From positions 8,806,001 to 8,870,000 of the forward strand of contig NC_087252.1 of NCBI RefSeq assembly GCF_037042905.1: a stretch of 64,000 nucleotides of DNA, read 5' to 3'. This stretch comes from Lytechinus pictus (Eukaryota). The translations under genes were made by a program, and so were the position numbers. Every line of letters starts with the position of its first letter. Position 1 is the first letter of the stretch. Under the pieces are notes generated by a model. It ran no database searches. It was not told the origin of the DNA and saw only the letters and a program-made list of their open reading frames with translations. Below, piece by piece: positions 62,701 through 64,000 of the stretch.

Positions 62701-63964
62701 GAATGGAAGCCAAATTAAAGCCACTTAAGTTAGTAATGGATGAATTGTGGATTTTTTTTAGACTACGGCAGCCATTTTGGGCGAAATCTTGGATTTTCCT
62801 GGTACCCTAGAATGCTAATATTCACTCTAACAAGTATCAATATATTCGTTCACCCACTGGACCATGAAATATGAACCGAAGTAGGACTGTAGGGTGGATA
62901 ATGAGTGAGTTATATCCATTTTTAGTGAATGGCGGCCATCTTGGACGCCATCTTGAAAATAACTACTTTCCCGTATGCGGATTTTTGTAGATTTTTAGTA
63001 TGTTTTTCCTGAGGTCAAATACTGCCAGAAACAGTTGAAAAATCATTTGTTGCAATTTGTTCCAGGTCTAATCATATATTGACCCGACTGTGTCAGTAGA
63101 GATGAAAATCCATTCAAATCTTGGACGCCATCTTGAAAATAACTACTTTCCCGTATGCGGATTTTGGTAGATTTTTAGTATGTTTTTCCTGAGGTCAAAT
63201 ACTGCCAGAAACAGTTGAAAAATCATTTGTTGCAATTTGTTCCAGGTCAAATCATATATTGACCCGACTGTGTCAGTAGAGATGAAAATCCATTTAAATC
63301 AAGCCCCTGCTTCTGTAGTGATGGTTCTGTGAGATAACATGGTTTGAGTCGTGGTTTGAAATACTCATGCATGTTTGTTTGTTTGTTACGTGTTTGCTTG
63401 TGCAGAGGGGTGTTTGATTCCATGTTAATGTTGACGTTGAGGTGCATGAAAATAATTAAGAGAAACCGCTGAGAAACTCACTCATCACCACTGAAAAAAA
63501 GCCTGTGACTTACAATATTATGTCATTTTGCAAATTTTGAATGTTGATCTTGCCACACATTTTAAGGCACTGCACCTCCATGTGAACCATAATCATATCA
63601 TGTAGGGTACTATTTTAAAGAAAATTAAATGAGCTATTCATTGTTATTAATTACACATTGATATTTACTAAAACGATGATGAATTATCGATCAAAATCAA
63701 AAGAAACCGCTGAGAAACTCACTCATTACCACGAAAAAAAAGAACAGTGAATTTCAATATTGTGTCATTTTGCAACTTTTGCATTTTGACCTTGCCCCAC
63801 ATTTCAAGACGCTGCACCTCCATGTGAACCATAATCATATCATGTAGGGTATCATTTTAAAGAAAATTAAATGTTCTATTTTTTGATCCTATTAACGCAT
63901 TGATATTTACTAAAACCGAGGAGGGATTACCTATCAAAGAGAGATTTCTAAACTTTTTTTGAGG

Positions 63965-63968
<4 letters not shown>
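59713..63968 (-). mobile_element. Copy 2 (inverted) of the 52680-53617 element, expanded by a 3.1-kb insertion
   Basis: 59713-60165 and about 63272-63968 are the reverse complement of the two parts of copy 1; ends in (TA)n. Confidence 0.82.
60166..63270. mobile_element. Large fold-back non-autonomous DNA transposon (Academ-like termini)
   Basis: TAGACGGGTCAATATA ... TATATTGACCCGACTG ends. The arms consist of ~180-bp repeats with CCAAGATGGC motifs that switch orientation near 61760. The superfamily call is tentative. Confidence 0.65.

Positions 63969-64000
<32 letters not shown>

Overview
Eukaryotic, AT-rich, intron-containing and transposon-dense genomic DNA. The repeat types suggest an invertebrate deuterostome, probably a sea urchin; this is an inference. 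Three host genes can be reconstructed from splice sites and translations. (1) The 3' end of a PP2A scaffold subunit A gene (PPP2R1-like, + strand; exons 1293-1516 and 5960-6048, terminal exon near 8530/8642). (2) A nine-finger C2H2 zinc-finger gene (- strand, 20058-22223) with probable non-coding upstream exons. (3) An Ig-CCP-CCP-Ser/Thr-rich extracellular protein gene (- strand, about 45.2-55.4 kb). The rest is mostly nested mobile DNA: L1/Tx1-type and CR1/L2-type LINEs, tRNA SINEs, and hAT, piggyBac-, Kolobok-, Harbinger-, Sola-, Tc1/mariner- and Academ-like non-autonomous elements. Four observations stand out. First, a P-element-like hotspot at the presumed zinc-finger promoter, with a perfect 17+17 bp terminal footprint inside an 8-bp TSD, a 10.6-kb CACGGAAAT-ended element with its own 8-bp TSD, and further scars. 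Second, two minimal hammerhead ribozyme motifs of the Penelope-like type. Third, fold-back elements carrying an internal, oligo-T-terminated tRNA-like cassette. Fourth, a stop codon that separates the CCP protein from an in-frame hydrophobic, GPI-signal-like tail. All calls were read by eye and no database searches were run.
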